Source: Flavobacteriales bacterium (GTDB lineage Bacteria; Bacteroidota; Bacteroidia; Flavobacteriales; Flavobacteriaceae). Taken from it: a stretch of 64,000 nucleotides of DNA. The stretch covers positions 192 through 64,191 of the forward strand of contig JAMOMQ010000166.1 of the NCBI GenBank assembly GCA_027066995.1. The letters run 5' to 3'. Shown here in pieces: positions 18,592 through 29,287 of this stretch. Numbering within the stretch: position 1 is the first letter of the stretch; each line of letters opens with the position of its first letter. A program made the translations under genes and the position numbers. Below the pieces are notes generated by a model that saw only the letters and a list, made by a program, of their open reading frames with translations, was not told the origin of the DNA and searched no databases.

Positions 18592-19665
18592 TTAGGGTTT
18601 AATGTCTTCCACCACACTAAACTCCAATACAGCCAAAGGCTTAGTGGTCATGATACACACACGATTATAAACTCTGTTTATTTTATTTGAAAAAGCTTCA
18701 ACCGATTCATCCGGTGTAACTGCCCCATATACACTCACACCTATCCAATCGATATAATCATCGCCCGGATAATAATTTTCAAAATCATTCCAAGCGTCTT
18801 CGGGTTGTCCACCGGCATCGAGATGAAAAAACCAAGTGATATTGTCGGCACCTGCTTGTCGCGATAAATCGATAATATGTCGGTAAGCGTCTACAAAACG
18901 TTCGGGGCCGTCCGGTTTATTCGGATCGCCGTAAGCGGTAGTCGTGCCGCCCCCGTTATGCACACCGTTCCACGGAAACCATTCGCCGTTTACTTCGGTG
19001 CCAAACTCTACCAACAACGGATAGCCTACTTGTGCCGCTTCGGTAAACCATTGTAACAAATCGTTGTCAAATTGTCCGTCAATAATATTTTGCATGCTAT
19101 AATTAGGGTCGGCAACGCCTTCTTCCAATTCCGTTCGTGCCATCATCCGGATAAAAGGCACACGTCCGGATTGGTGTATAGTTTGAACGGCAGCTCCCGG
19201 AAATGAAATCTGTTGATACCAATTATCAGAAAAATAAGCCCAAGCAATGGGTTTTCCGGCTAAAGATTCAAAATCATGTATGCGTTGTGCGGTTACATTG
19301 TCTTCGGGGCCGTCAAAATCGGGAAAAGCACCAAAATAAATATGCCCTGTTTCGGGTATAAGTTTTTGATTATCAAATTGCAAGCCTGAAATAAATAACC
19401 GGTTTTCAACACCTTCTCTAAAAGCATTTAAAGCGTCCGGCGACGAATTAATACGTAAATCACTAATGGTGCCATCGGCATTCTCCCATTTTTCTTGCCA
19501 CCAAGCTATCGCTTTAATACGCGGAAAATCTCTATTTATAATGGTTTGAAAGCTGTCTTTAATCCATTGCGCCTTTAAATTGTAGTTTGACACCGGCTCT
19601 TTAGGCGTCTCCTTTTTGCAACCTGAAATTAAAAACAGCCATAAAATAAAAATGGAATAGCGCAT
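18592..19665 (-). CDS. Lipoprotein, GH26-like TIM-barrel glycoside hydrolase
   Basis: Lipobox LISGC. EFGTEVNGEWFPWNG resembles the GH26 acid/base block (E-x-NG-xW). YYPGDDYIDWIGVSVYG. A putative nucleophile block PLAVLEFS lies 10 residues from the C-terminus. Confidence 0.55.
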   Translation of the reverse strand: MRYSIFILWLFLISGCKKETPKEPVSNYNLKAQWIKDSFQTIINRDFPRIKAIAWWQEKWENADGTISDLRINSSPDALNAFREGVENRLFISGLQFDNQKLIPETGHIYFGAFPDFDGPEDNVTAQRIHDFESLAGKPIAWAYFSDNWYQQISFPGAAVQTIHQSGRVPFIRMMARTELEEGVADPNYSMQNIIDGQFDNDLLQWFTEAAQVGYPLLVEFGTEVNGEWFPWNGVHNGGGTTTAYGDPNKPDGPERFVDAYRHIIDLSRQAGADNITWFFHLDAGGQPEDAWNDFENYYPGDDYIDWIGVSVYGAVTPDESVEAFSNKINRVYNRVCIMTTKPLAVLEFSVVEDIKP

Positions 19666-19669
19666 ACAT

Positions 19670-22654
19670 TTATTTTTTGGATTCCATATCCTGATTTTCT
19701 TTTGTCCAAAATTGATAAGGATTTATTTTGCCTTTGTGGTAATGATAATCATATTTCGGATTTTTTATAGCTTCGTAGATACGGCGTTGCACCTCACTAC
19801 GAATATTTAGTTTGTATAACAAGCGGTTGGTCATAGTAGGAAAAGTTCTGTTAGACAAGAAAATGTAAACAATTTGCTCTTCCGGATCTGCCCAAACCAT
19901 AGTGCCGGTAAATCCCTGATGTCCAAAACTTTTTGGGGATATTTCTTCAAATGTCGGTCCGGGTTGTCCCTTAAACTGCGGTTTGTCCCAACCCAATCCG
20001 CGGCGCACACTATCACGGGCAAAATACCGTTTGTTAAAAACCATCTCTGTAGTATCGGATATGTAACGTTTGCCGCCGTAATAGCCTTTGTTTAAGTGCA
20101 TTTGCATCAGTTTTGCCAAATCATTGGCACTACCAAATAAACCGGCATTACCTGATACACCGTTGAGTTGAGCAGCTCCCATATCATGCACATAGCCTCG
20201 CAAAACTTGATGCCGGAAATAGGTGTCATTTTCAGTAGGTGCAATACGATCGGCCGGAAATTTTCTCAATGGATTGTAAGTAACGGTGGTAGCACCGATG
20301 GGCTTGTAAAATAACGAATCGAGCAACTGATCCATACCATTGCCGGTTTTATCTTCAATGTATTTTTTAAACAAATAAAAAGGCAATCCACTGTAAACAT
20401 ATTTTCGTTCCTCGTATTGCGGCACTTTGGCAATAGTATCCCAAATATGTTCTAAAAAACTATGTTTCATATATAAGTTCCGTGCTACTTTAATATCATA
20501 AAGTTTGGAAGGTGAGGTATGATAATATTTTCGTAAAGGCTTTTTGGTTTTAGGATCAATGGTTTCCAAATAAAAAGGAATCCACGACTTGATTTTGGCA
20601 AAATGCGACAAAGCCTCTTTGACCGTAATAGTATCTTTGTTACTACCTTTGAGTAAAGGCATTAAATCGCCTAAACGGTCGTCCAATTGGTAATATCCCA
20701 AATCGTAGGCTTTCATCATCAGAGTGGTAGCCGCCAACACTTTGGTTACTGAAGCCAAATCGTATAAATCGCTAACTTTAACAGCTCGTTTTTTATCATA
20801 AGTTTGATAGCCGTAAGCTTTTTCAAAAATAACCTTACCGTTACGAGCTGCTAAAACCACCCCACCCGGAGCAGCCATAGTATCCATCATAAATTGCATC
20901 AATGAGTCTACGCGTTTTAATCGACGGCTATCCATTCCCACTTCCTCGGGTAAGCCGTAAGACAAACGGCTGACCGGTTTGGTAATTATACCTGTATGCA
21001 CCGGATATTTTTTACTGATACTAACCGGCAACTTGCCTATAAAAGGTAGCGCACCAAAAATCATTTGCGGCGATAGTTCTTGCGGATACCAATCGTTTTG
21101 GTAAGAAACTACAATAGCTTTTACGGGAATGTTGTCTGCCATGTCTATCAAACTATACGGTGAGGTAAATACATCTAAAACCGTAGGCTTATAAGTTGCT
21201 ATTTTATTTAAAATCAAACGCTCGTTTGTTGAAAATTTATAAGATTTCCAAGGCGTTGCCGACGATTTATGAAATCCGACTATGACCAAATCATAATTTC
21301 TTAATCGAGATGACACCTCTGAAGTATCTTTAACCGTCACTTTATCTACTATTGCATATTTATTTAAATATTTATGAAAAGTTTCTCCGTTATCATCTCC
21401 CAAAGGCACATACGCAATCTTTTGAGTAACGTCTTTAAGCGGCAAAATATTATCTTCATTTTTAACCAATGTAATGGCATTTTCAAAGGCTATTTGATTC
21501 AATAAAGAATCTTTGACAGTGGGTAAATATTGCTTTGTAGTGCGAGGCTGCCAATGCTGCAAACCCGCCCAATACTTGGCCATTAATATTTTCTTAACGG
21601 AAGCCGCCAGACGCGATTCGGAAATCAGTCCCGACTGATAAGCACTCTTAATTGCATTAACAGCTTTTTTAATTTCAACCGTGCCCAACAAAATATCATT
21701 GCCCGCCAAAAAAGCAGACAAATCAGCTACACCCGAAGGTGCATAGTCGGCTACTCCTTTCATATTCATGGCATCGGTAATTACCAAGCCTTCAAAACCC
21801 AATCTTTTTTTGAGCAAATCATCTACAACTTTGGGTGATAAAGTGGTAGGAATACCCATATATTCTATAGAAGGTATATTTAAATGAGCCACCATTACGC
21901 CTGTCAATCCCTTTGGAATCAATTTTTTATAAGGATATAATTCCACATCCCAAATTCTTTCGTAAGAAAAATTAACCGACGGCAAGGTTTTATGACTGTC
22001 TTGACTGGTATCGCCATGTCCCGGAAAGTGTTTGGCTGTTGTCAAAATACCTTCGTCTTGCAAAGCGCGCATCATCATATTGGCTTTTTTAGCAACATTT
22101 TCTTTATCTTCGCCAAAAGAGCGGTTGCCGATAATGGGGTTATCCGGATTGGTATTGATATCAACAACAGGCGAAAAATTCATTTGAAAACCAACATTGG
22201 CAGTTTGACGGCCGATTTGACGACCTATTTGATAAATAATACTGTCATTTTGTATTGCTCCAAGTGTCATATTCCAAGGAAACTTCGGCGTAGAATCTAA
22301 GCGCATGGCCAAACCCCATTCTGCATCTATGGCCGTTATAACCGGATATTTGGCATGAAGCTGTATATAGTTGTTTATAACTTGCTCATCGGAAGGATTT
22401 CCTTTTAAAAAAAAGAAATTGCCAATATGGAGACTGTCCAATAGATATTTAATTTTTGTTTTATTTTCGGAAGTATTATCCGAATCAATATAAGGCATAA
22501 ACAATTGACCGATACGTTCCTCCAATGTCATTTGATTGTATAAAGAATCCACCCATTTGAGTTGTTGTCTGTTTTTATATAAAGGATGCGGCTGTTGCGC
22601 TGATAATTTAAAAAACAAAAATAGACAGCCTATTAAAAAATAGCTTCTTTTCAT
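19670..22654 (-). CDS. GH3 beta-N-acetylhexosaminidase (NagZ-like) fused to a serine beta-lactamase/PBP4*-fold domain
   Basis: Signal peptide, a GH3 KHFPGHGDTSQDSH motif, and a C-terminal half with an SxxK motif (ASVTKVL) and class-C-like fold length. Confidence 0.85.
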   Translation of the reverse strand: MKRSYFLIGCLFLFFKLSAQQPHPLYKNRQQLKWVDSLYNQMTLEERIGQLFMPYIDSDNTSENKTKIKYLLDSLHIGNFFFLKGNPSDEQVINNYIQLHAKYPVITAIDAEWGLAMRLDSTPKFPWNMTLGAIQNDSIIYQIGRQIGRQTANVGFQMNFSPVVDINTNPDNPIIGNRSFGEDKENVAKKANMMMRALQDEGILTTAKHFPGHGDTSQDSHKTLPSVNFSYERIWDVELYPYKKLIPKGLTGVMVAHLNIPSIEYMGIPTTLSPKVVDDLLKKRLGFEGLVITDAMNMKGVADYAPSGVADLSAFLAGNDILLGTVEIKKAVNAIKSAYQSGLISESRLAASVKKILMAKYWAGLQHWQPRTTKQYLPTVKDSLLNQIAFENAITLVKNEDNILPLKDVTQKIAYVPLGDDNGETFHKYLNKYAIVDKVTVKDTSEVSSRLRNYDLVIVGFHKSSATPWKSYKFSTNERLILNKIATYKPTVLDVFTSPYSLIDMADNIPVKAIVVSYQNDWYPQELSPQMIFGALPFIGKLPVSISKKYPVHTGIITKPVSRLSYGLPEEVGMDSRRLKRVDSLMQFMMDTMAAPGGVVLAARNGKVIFEKAYGYQTYDKKRAVKVSDLYDLASVTKVLAATTLMMKAYDLGYYQLDDRLGDLMPLLKGSNKDTITVKEALSHFAKIKSWIPFYLETIDPKTKKPLRKYYHTSPSKLYDIKVARNLYMKHSFLEHIWDTIAKVPQYEERKYVYSGLPFYLFKKYIEDKTGNGMDQLLDSLFYKPIGATTVTYNPLRKFPADRIAPTENDTYFRHQVLRGYVHDMGAAQLNGVSGNAGLFGSANDLAKLMQMHLNKGYYGGKRYISDTTEMVFNKRYFARDSVRRGLGWDKPQFKGQPGPTFEEISPKSFGHQGFTGTMVWADPEEQIVYIFLSNRTFPTMTNRLLYKLNIRSEVQRRIYEAIKNPKYDYHYHKGKINPYQFWTKENQDMESKK

Positions 22655-22838
22655 GAGAAAAATAATTTTATAATAATTTCAAATTTACAAATAAATAATG
22701 AAATATTTAATAACCACCGGCCTTGTTTTACGAAGTTAAATCAATTAAAAAATCGGAGATTAATTGTGACAAAAAGTTATTAAAAATGCCAAATTGTCGC
22801 TTGTTTTTGTTAAATTGTCAATAATTGAGAATTGGTGC

Positions 22839-22846
22839 TAATTTTG
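22839..22846 (+). promoter_or_regulatory. Candidate Bacteroidota -7 box (TAATTTTG)
   Basis: Exact TAnnTTTG match 35 nt upstream of the ATG at 22881. No well-spaced -33 TTTG was seen. Confidence 0.35.
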
Positions 22847-22880
22847 TAGCCATTCAATTGAAACTAAAAAATAAAAAACT

Positions 22881-24776
22881 ATGATTTTAACAAAAAAACA
22901 CTTGAATATTTTAGAAAAAGTATTCGACCACAAAATGAACAGTATAGATGCCTTGGAAGTTTTAAATGACGACCAAGATTTTTTATATTATGTGCAATTG
23001 GAACAAATGGGGTTGCTGCGTGAAGATGCAGATCATTTTTATTTGACTTATCCCGGAATGATGTTAATGGAAGCCTACCGGATGGCACAATATGACGGCA
23101 CTATGCCAGACTTCTCTCAATATGACGACGATTTTAAAATAGTAGGAAGCCGCATTATCAATATGCTTTATACTGCCGAAATGGCCAAAGGAAAAGTCAA
23201 TGAAATCATCCGTCCCAAGTTAGAAAAACGCGGCATGGTTGTCAATGGCATGCTAAGCGAATTTGGCAAAAAAGTTTTGGAAGTTTACGAGGAAGTAGAG
23301 CCTTACTTTTATGTGAACAAACCGCTTCAAGAATTTTTGAAAAAAACGTTGGTAGGGCCAGCACCTAAACGCGAGTTGCTCGATGCCGATAAATTTCAAA
23401 TTCTAGAAAGCGAAGCCTTAAGGCTGTTATCATTTTCTGCACCGGACGGCAATTATTATAACTTAAGCGGTGTGGGACAACAAATAAGAGCTTCCTTATT
23501 AAAAGGCGCTTTTTTCAAACCCATTACACAAGCTTATTTTGAAGCCTTATTCCAATTGACAGCCGGAGAAGACATCTCTGACGAACAATTAAAACAAGAT
23601 TTAATAGCGCAAGCTGTTATTGATACCGATGGTAACATTTTACCGGCCGGAGAACATTTACTGCGAGCCGGAGATTTATACTTCCACGGTTTTTATGACG
23701 AAGCCATGAGTATTGATATTGACGAGGTGGAATATGGTATTTTGGCCACCATTAAAGATATCAATGATAAAATGGCTCAAAATCCGGAAGAATTAGCAAC
23801 TAAAGAGCAAATAAAAAGTGAATTTATCGATAAAAAATTCAAAGAGGCTCAAGAGTTAAAAGAAAAATGGGGACGTCGCTTAAAAGAATTGCCTCAAATC
23901 AAACAAAAATATATAACTGAGCTTGAAAATGCCAAAACTGCCGAAGAATGGTTTAACAAAGTTTATGATTTTGATGCCGCTTTATTCGGTTTACACGGCT
24001 TTCATTTAATTGAACCGGAAATTAAAGACGACAAAATGTATTATAAACTGACCCAAGATGGTATGGAAGTTTATAACATACTTAAAGATCATCCGCGAGA
24101 AATACCGGCCGAAGCCGTTAAAGCAATCACTATAGGACGTCATCTGTTTTTTGCTCCCGACGGCCGTTGGGTAGAAAAAGCACAAAAAGCCAAAACCATA
24201 GAAACCGCACCGACACCAACCGGTCGTTTCTTTGCTCGCTTGGCTTACAGCAACAAAACACCTAACTTGACCAAATACGGATTGGAAGTCATGCAACCGC
24301 TACCTTATACTACCGGCATATATCTTAATGATTTGATGACTTATTTAAAAGATTACTCCAAGGAAGAAGTTATTCAGTTATTAGAAAAATTAGATGCCCG
24401 TGGTATGGTAAATATGTTCCCTAATGACATGATTATGTTAACCGAAGCCGGCCGTAAAGTCAAACATGCTACTTTGGGTATTTCCGGTGATATTAAATAT
24501 CCGGTAACCCCTCATATTATAGATGTTCTGCGCGCCTTATTAGAAGTAGGCAGTTTGTATGTCAAAGAAAGAAAAGTGCGTATATTACCGGATAACTGGA
24601 AAAAAGCCTTAAAATTGCTAAAAATGGATATGGAAACTTTTGAACAAACCTTGACCGTATTACGACGTGCCGGTTATATCGGCAAGGATTCTGTAAACGA
24701 AAACGGTTTGTTACTTATAGAAGCTGCCGAAATGTTAGAAGGTGGTGAATATGAATGGACTGAAATTGATTTCTAA
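22881..24776 (+). CDS. Conserved-looking hypothetical protein built from about seven winged-helix-like modules
   Basis: 631 aa, no signal peptide or TM segment. The recurring pattern is hydrophobic helix - G(L/M)(L/V) - x - (Y/M)xLTxxGxxxL, for example YLTYPGMMLMEAY, MLSEFGKKVLEVY, NLSGVGQQIRASL, KLTQDGMEVYNIL and MLTEAGRKVKHA. Confidence 0.5.
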   Translation: MILTKKHLNILEKVFDHKMNSIDALEVLNDDQDFLYYVQLEQMGLLREDADHFYLTYPGMMLMEAYRMAQYDGTMPDFSQYDDDFKIVGSRIINMLYTAEMAKGKVNEIIRPKLEKRGMVVNGMLSEFGKKVLEVYEEVEPYFYVNKPLQEFLKKTLVGPAPKRELLDADKFQILESEALRLLSFSAPDGNYYNLSGVGQQIRASLLKGAFFKPITQAYFEALFQLTAGEDISDEQLKQDLIAQAVIDTDGNILPAGEHLLRAGDLYFHGFYDEAMSIDIDEVEYGILATIKDINDKMAQNPEELATKEQIKSEFIDKKFKEAQELKEKWGRRLKELPQIKQKYITELENAKTAEEWFNKVYDFDAALFGLHGFHLIEPEIKDDKMYYKLTQDGMEVYNILKDHPREIPAEAVKAITIGRHLFFAPDGRWVEKAQKAKTIETAPTPTGRFFARLAYSNKTPNLTKYGLEVMQPLPYTTGIYLNDLMTYLKDYSKEEVIQLLEKLDARGMVNMFPNDMIMLTEAGRKVKHATLGISGDIKYPVTPHIIDVLRALLEVGSLYVKERKVRILPDNWKKALKLLKMDMETFEQTLTVLRRAGYIGKDSVNENGLLLIEAAEMLEGGEYEWTEIDF

Positions 24777-24799
24777 ATCAATCTACAAAATACACCTGA

Positions 24800-24842
24800 A
24801 AAAAACAAGGCTGCCCGCAATCGGGCAGCCTTGTTTTTTTGG
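24800..24842. terminator. Bidirectional rho-independent terminator
   Basis: aaaaaacaaggctgcccg-caat-cgggcagccttgttttttt: a 14-bp perfect stem between convergent genes. Confidence 0.9.
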
Positions 24843-24859
24843 GATTTCTATTAAGTAAG

Positions 24860-27800
24860 TTAATCTTGAATAACCCATTCGCCACTGTCTAACATAGGAC
24901 GGGCTTTTTTGTATTTGATTTGTTTCTTTTGACCGTTATTCACATTCATAATAGTTACTATTTCATTACGACCGTAAGTCTTACCCTTGCGAATAGGCGC
25001 TGTAATCTCCTGACGCTGTCCGCCTTGCATGGCTTGGCGGTTGTTTGCAGCCATTTCTTCCAAAGAAGGAATATTGTCGGCACGACTTTCTTTTAGTTTT
25101 TTATTGGCACGTTTGGGGGCTTGACGTGCTTCACGAACTTGGTTGGGATCTTGGGTAGGCAAATCACCTTTAAACAGGAATGACAAAACCTCTTTATTGA
25201 CCTTATCCAACATATTTCTAAACAATTCGAAGGCTTCAAATTTGTAAATCAATACCGGATCTTTTTGTTCGTAAGAAGCCATTTGCACCGATGTTTTTAA
25301 GCGATCCATTTTATGCAAATGTTCTTTCCAAGCCTCATCTATAATAGCCAAACTGATGTTTTTTTCAAAATCATCAACCAATTTTTTACCTTCAGACTCA
25401 TAAGCTTCTTTCAGGTCTGTAGTTACTTTAATTTCGCGGGTGCCATCGGTAAAGGGTACAACAATTCTTTTGTAACGGTCGCCTTCATTTTCATAAACTT
25501 GTTTAATGACCGGATAAGCTATTTGCGCCGAACGGGCAATCTTTTCTTTGTAATGCTTAGTGGCCGCTTCAAATAATTTATTGATAATTTCCTTGTCCGA
25601 CAGACTTAAAAATTCGTCTTTGGTAATGGGTGAATTGATGGCAAAAGTTGTGATCAATTCTTTTTCAAAAGTTTCAAAATCTTTAGAGGGCTTGGTTTGT
25701 TCGACTATGGTTTCCAATGCCTCATAAATCATATTGGAGATATCCACTTTAAGACGATCACCTTCCAAAGCATGACGACGGCGTTTGTAAACCAATTCTC
25801 GTTGGGCATTCATAACATCATCATATTCAAGCAAACGTTTTCTGACGCCGAAATTGTTTTCTTCTACCTTTTTCTGAGCTCTTTCTATGGATTTTGAAAT
25901 CATAGGGTGTTGAATTACATCGCCCTCTTTCATACCCATACGATCCATAATTTTAGCAATTTTTTCGGAACCGAACAAACGCATCAAATTGTCTTCAAGG
26001 GATACATAAAATTGTGAGGAACCGGGATCGCCTTGCCGTCCTGCCCGTCCGCGCAACTGTCTGTCTACCCGTCTGGAATCGTGGCGTTCGGTGCCTATAA
26101 TGGCAAGTCCACCTGCTTTTTTGACTTCCGGATCCAATTTGATATCCGTTCCCCGCCCGGCCATATTGGTGGCTATGGTTACCACGCCGGGTTTACCGGC
26201 TTCGGCAACAATTTCTGCTTCACGTTTGTGTTGCTTGGCATTTAAAACGTTATGGGGTATTTTGACATAATGCAACATTTTACTCAACAATTCGGAAGTT
26301 TCAACCGAAGTTGTTCCTACCAAAACAGGACGACCTTGGCTGGTCAGTTCTTGTATTTCTTGTATAATGGCATTGTATTTTTCGCGTTTGGTTTTATAAA
26401 TCTTATCATCTTTGTCAATACGTGCCAAAGGTTTGTTGGTGGGCACTTCGACCACATCCAATTTGTAGATATCCCATAATTCGCCGGCTTCGGTAACGGC
26501 TGTTCCGGTCATACCGGCCAATTTACGATACATACGGAAAAAGTTTTGGAGCGTAACCGTGGCATAGGTTTGTGTGGCATCTTCAATTTTGACATTTTCT
26601 TTGGCCTCAATGGCTTGGTGCAAACCGTCGGAATAACGGCGTCCTTCCATAATACGACCGGTTTGTTCGTCAACAATTTTGACTTGGTCGTCCAAGACTA
26701 CATATTCTACATCTTTTTCAAATAAGGTGTAAGCTTTTAATAATTGATTTAAAGTGTGCAGCCGTTCGCTTTTTGCGGCATATTCTCTAAAAAGCTTATC
26801 CTTTTTGGCAGCTTTTTCTATTTCGTCATCGTCGGATTGGTCAATTTTTCCTATTTCTTCACTGATATTGGGTAAGATAAAAAAGTCGGGGGCAGTGTTT
26901 TGCGATAAAAATTCAACCCCTTTATCACTGAGTTCTATGGAATTGTTTTTTTCGTCAATAACAAACAATAGTTCTTTATCCACTTCGGGCATCAAAGCAT
27001 TATTATTTTCCATGTATTTGGCTTCGGTTTTTTGCAATAGTTGCTTAATACCTTCTTCGCTCAAAAATTTGATTAAAGCTTTGTTTTTAGGCAATCCGCG
27101 ATAGACTCTTAATAAATGAAAACCACCTTCTTTGGTATTACCTTCTTTGATTAATTTTTTGGCCAGTGCCAATTCTTTGAGCAAATTGGATTTTTGTTCT
27201 TGGTAAATCCGCTCAATAAAGGGTTTGAGTTCGTTAAACTCGTGCCGGTCACCTTGTTCTACCGGACCGGAAATGATTAGTGGTGTCCGGGCATCGTCAA
27301 TCAATACCGAATCGACCTCATCGACTATGGCATAATTATGTTCGCGTTGCACCAAATCGTCAATGGTATGTGCCATATTGTCACGTAAATAATCAAACCC
27401 GAATTCGTTGTTGGTGCCATAAGTAATGTCGGCTTCGTAAGCCTTACGGCGTTGGGGTGTATTGGGTTGGTGGCGATCGATACAGTCGACACGCAAACCT
27501 AAAAATTCGAATATAGGCGCCATCCAAGCAGCATCCCGTTTGGCCAAATAATCGTTGACCGTTACTAAGTGGGCTCCGCGCCCGGGCAAGGCATTGAGAT
27601 AAAGCGGTAAGGTTGCTACCAAAGTTTTACCTTCACCGGTCATCATTTCGGCAATTTTGCCTTGATGCAATACTATACCACCCATAATTTGCACATCGTA
27701 GTGCACCATATCCCATACAACTTCTTTACCTTCGGCGTCCCAACGGTTTTGCCATATGGTTTTTTCATCATTGACGGTTATATAGTTACGTGTTGCCGAC

Positions 27801-28219
27801 AATTCTCTGTCTAACGGTGTTGTGGTTACTTCCAAGGTGTCGTTTTCTTTAAAACGGCGGGCGGTTTCACGCACTACGGCAAAGGCTTCGGGCAAAATAT
27901 CATTTAATACTTCTTCTTCTTTTTTATAGATATCGTCTTCTATACGATCAATATCGTCATAAATGCGTTCGCGTGCTTCCAAATCGGGTTCTTGCTCGGC
28001 TTTTTGTCGCAACTCATCTTGTTGTTGTCGCAAACCGGCGGTTGCATTTTTAATACGCTCTCTAAATTCTACGGTTTTATGTCTTAATTGGTCTAAAGAT
28101 AATTTTTGCATTTCAGGTCCCAATTGGTTTACCTGATTTACAATGGGCTGCATCGATTTTATATCTTTGCTTTTTTTGTCGCCTAAAAATACTTTAAGCA
28201 GTGAATTTACTAACTTCAT
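24860..28219 (-). CDS. secA: Preprotein translocase ATPase SecA
   Basis: 1119 aa. [14 protein letters not shown] (Walker A), [19 protein letters not shown] and [12 protein letters not shown] motifs. Confidence 0.97.
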   Translation of the reverse strand: MKLVNSLLKVFLGDKKSKDIKSMQPIVNQVNQLGPEMQKLSLDQLRHKTVEFRERIKNATAGLRQQQDELRQKAEQEPDLEARERIYDDIDRIEDDIYKKEEEVLNDILPEAFAVVRETARRFKENDTLEVTTTPLDRELSATRNYITVNDEKTIWQNRWDAEGKEVVWDMVHYDVQIMGGIVLHQGKIAEMMTGEGKTLVATLPLYLNALPGRGAHLVTVNDYLAKRDAAWMAPIFEFLGLRVDCIDRHQPNTPQRRKAYEADITYGTNNEFGFDYLRDNMAHTIDDLVQREHNYAIVDEVDSVLIDDARTPLIISGPVEQGDRHEFNELKPFIERIYQEQKSNLLKELALAKKLIKEGNTKEGGFHLLRVYRGLPKNKALIKFLSEEGIKQLLQKTEAKYMENNNALMPEVDKELLFVIDEKNNSIELSDKGVEFLSQNTAPDFFILPNISEEIGKIDQSDDDEIEKAAKKDKLFREYAAKSERLHTLNQLLKAYTLFEKDVEYVVLDDQVKIVDEQTGRIMEGRRYSDGLHQAIEAKENVKIEDATQTYATVTLQNFFRMYRKLAGMTGTAVTEAGELWDIYKLDVVEVPTNKPLARIDKDDKIYKTKREKYNAIIQEIQELTSQGRPVLVGTTSVETSELLSKMLHYVKIPHNVLNAKQHKREAEIVAEAGKPGVVTIATNMAGRGTDIKLDPEVKKAGGLAIIGTERHDSRRVDRQLRGRAGRQGDPGSSQFYVSLEDNLMRLFGSEKIAKIMDRMGMKEGDVIQHPMISKSIERAQKKVEENNFGVRKRLLEYDDVMNAQRELVYKRRRHALEGDRLKVDISNMIYEALETIVEQTKPSKDFETFEKELITTFAINSPITKDEFLSLSDKEIINKLFEAATKHYKEKIARSAQIAYPVIKQVYENEGDRYKRIVVPFTDGTREIKVTTDLKEAYESEGKKLVDDFEKNISLAIIDEAWKEHLHKMDRLKTSVQMASYEQKDPVLIYKFEAFELFRNMLDKVNKEVLSFLFKGDLPTQDPNQVREARQAPKRANKKLKESRADNIPSLEEMAANNRQAMQGGQRQEITAPIRKGKTYGRNEIVTIMNVNNGQKKQIKYKKARPMLDSGEWVIQD

Positions 28220-28357
28220 ATCCGGTCTGTTTTGATAATAATATTCTTTTACAAATGTATTTTGTCTTGTAAAAGGCTTGATAAAAATATAAGTTCAAAA
28301 ATATAAAAAAAAAGCCTCATTTAAGAGACTTTTTTGTATTAATTAACAAAGTTTGTG

Positions 28358-28606
28358 TTAATATTCATCTTCATTCCAAAGAAAGTCTTCTTCGGTTGGA
28401 TAATCCGGCCAAATATCTTGAATGGTTTCAAATACTTCTTCATCATCTTCAATTTCTTGAAGGTTTTCAACAACTTCAAGAGGCGCACCGGTTCTGATAG
28501 CATAATCTATCAGCTCGTCTTTGGTAGCCGGCCAAGGTGCATCACTTAAATAAGAAGCTAATTCTAATGTCCAATACATAGTGTTTAAATTTTTAAAAGT
28601 TGGCAA
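28358..28606 (-). CDS. Small acidic protein, DUF2795-like
   Basis: 82 aa. WPATKDELIDYAIRTGAPLEVVENLQEI resembles the DUF2795 core. The true start may be the internal Met (MYWTLEL, 28579). Confidence 0.55.
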   Translation of the reverse strand: MPTFKNLNTMYWTLELASYLSDAPWPATKDELIDYAIRTGAPLEVVENLQEIEDDEEVFETIQDIWPDYPTEEDFLWNEDEY

Positions 28607-28637
28607 AAATAATAAAAAATTTATAAATTTTCAATAA

Positions 28638-29201
28638 TTATTTTGGTGTCCAAGGAATTTCCCCGGCTTTCAATTCCATAGACAATTTTCGTGCCAACAC
28701 AAACAAATAATCAGACAATCTATTTAAATATTTGATTAAATTTTCATCTATAGGCAGTTCTTCGTTTAAGTAGGTTAATTTTCGCTCTGCTCTTCGACAA
28801 ACGGTTCTGCAAATATGACAGACGGAAACTTGCTCGTGACCACCCGGCAATATAAAATTTGTCATGACAGGCAAAGCTTGATCCATCTCATCTATTTTTT
28901 GTTCTAGAAAAAGAATATCGGCAGCATCAATAGGCTTGATATCCAAGCGTTTTTTGCCGTTGGGCAGGAGTGCTTTGTCGGGGTCTAAAGCTAAAAACGA
29001 GCCCAAGGTAAACAGCCTGTTTTGAATTTGAATCAACTCACCGGCATAGCGGTTATCAATTTTATCTCGCAGCCAACCGATATAGGCGTTAAGTTCGTCC
29101 ACCGTCCCGTAGGCTTCTATTTTAATATGGTGCTTGGGCACCCGTGTGCCTCCTATTAATAAAGTGGTGCCTTTGTCGCCGGTTTTTGTATAAACTTTCA
29201 T
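28638..29201 (-). CDS. ATP:cob(I)alamin adenosyltransferase, PduO type
   Basis: The MKVYTKTGDKGTT N-terminus and a 187-aa length are typical of PduO/MMAB-type adenosyltransferases. Confidence 0.85.
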   Translation of the reverse strand: MKVYTKTGDKGTTLLIGGTRVPKHHIKIEAYGTVDELNAYIGWLRDKIDNRYAGELIQIQNRLFTLGSFLALDPDKALLPNGKKRLDIKPIDAADILFLEQKIDEMDQALPVMTNFILPGGHEQVSVCHICRTVCRRAERKLTYLNEELPIDENLIKYLNRLSDYLFVLARKLSMELKAGEIPWTPK

Positions 29202-29287
29202 ATACTTGACAATTTAATAGTTATCCGTCTTATAAGCTGTTAATAAGCAACTTATTAAAAAACGATTTAATGTAAACCACTGATAAC

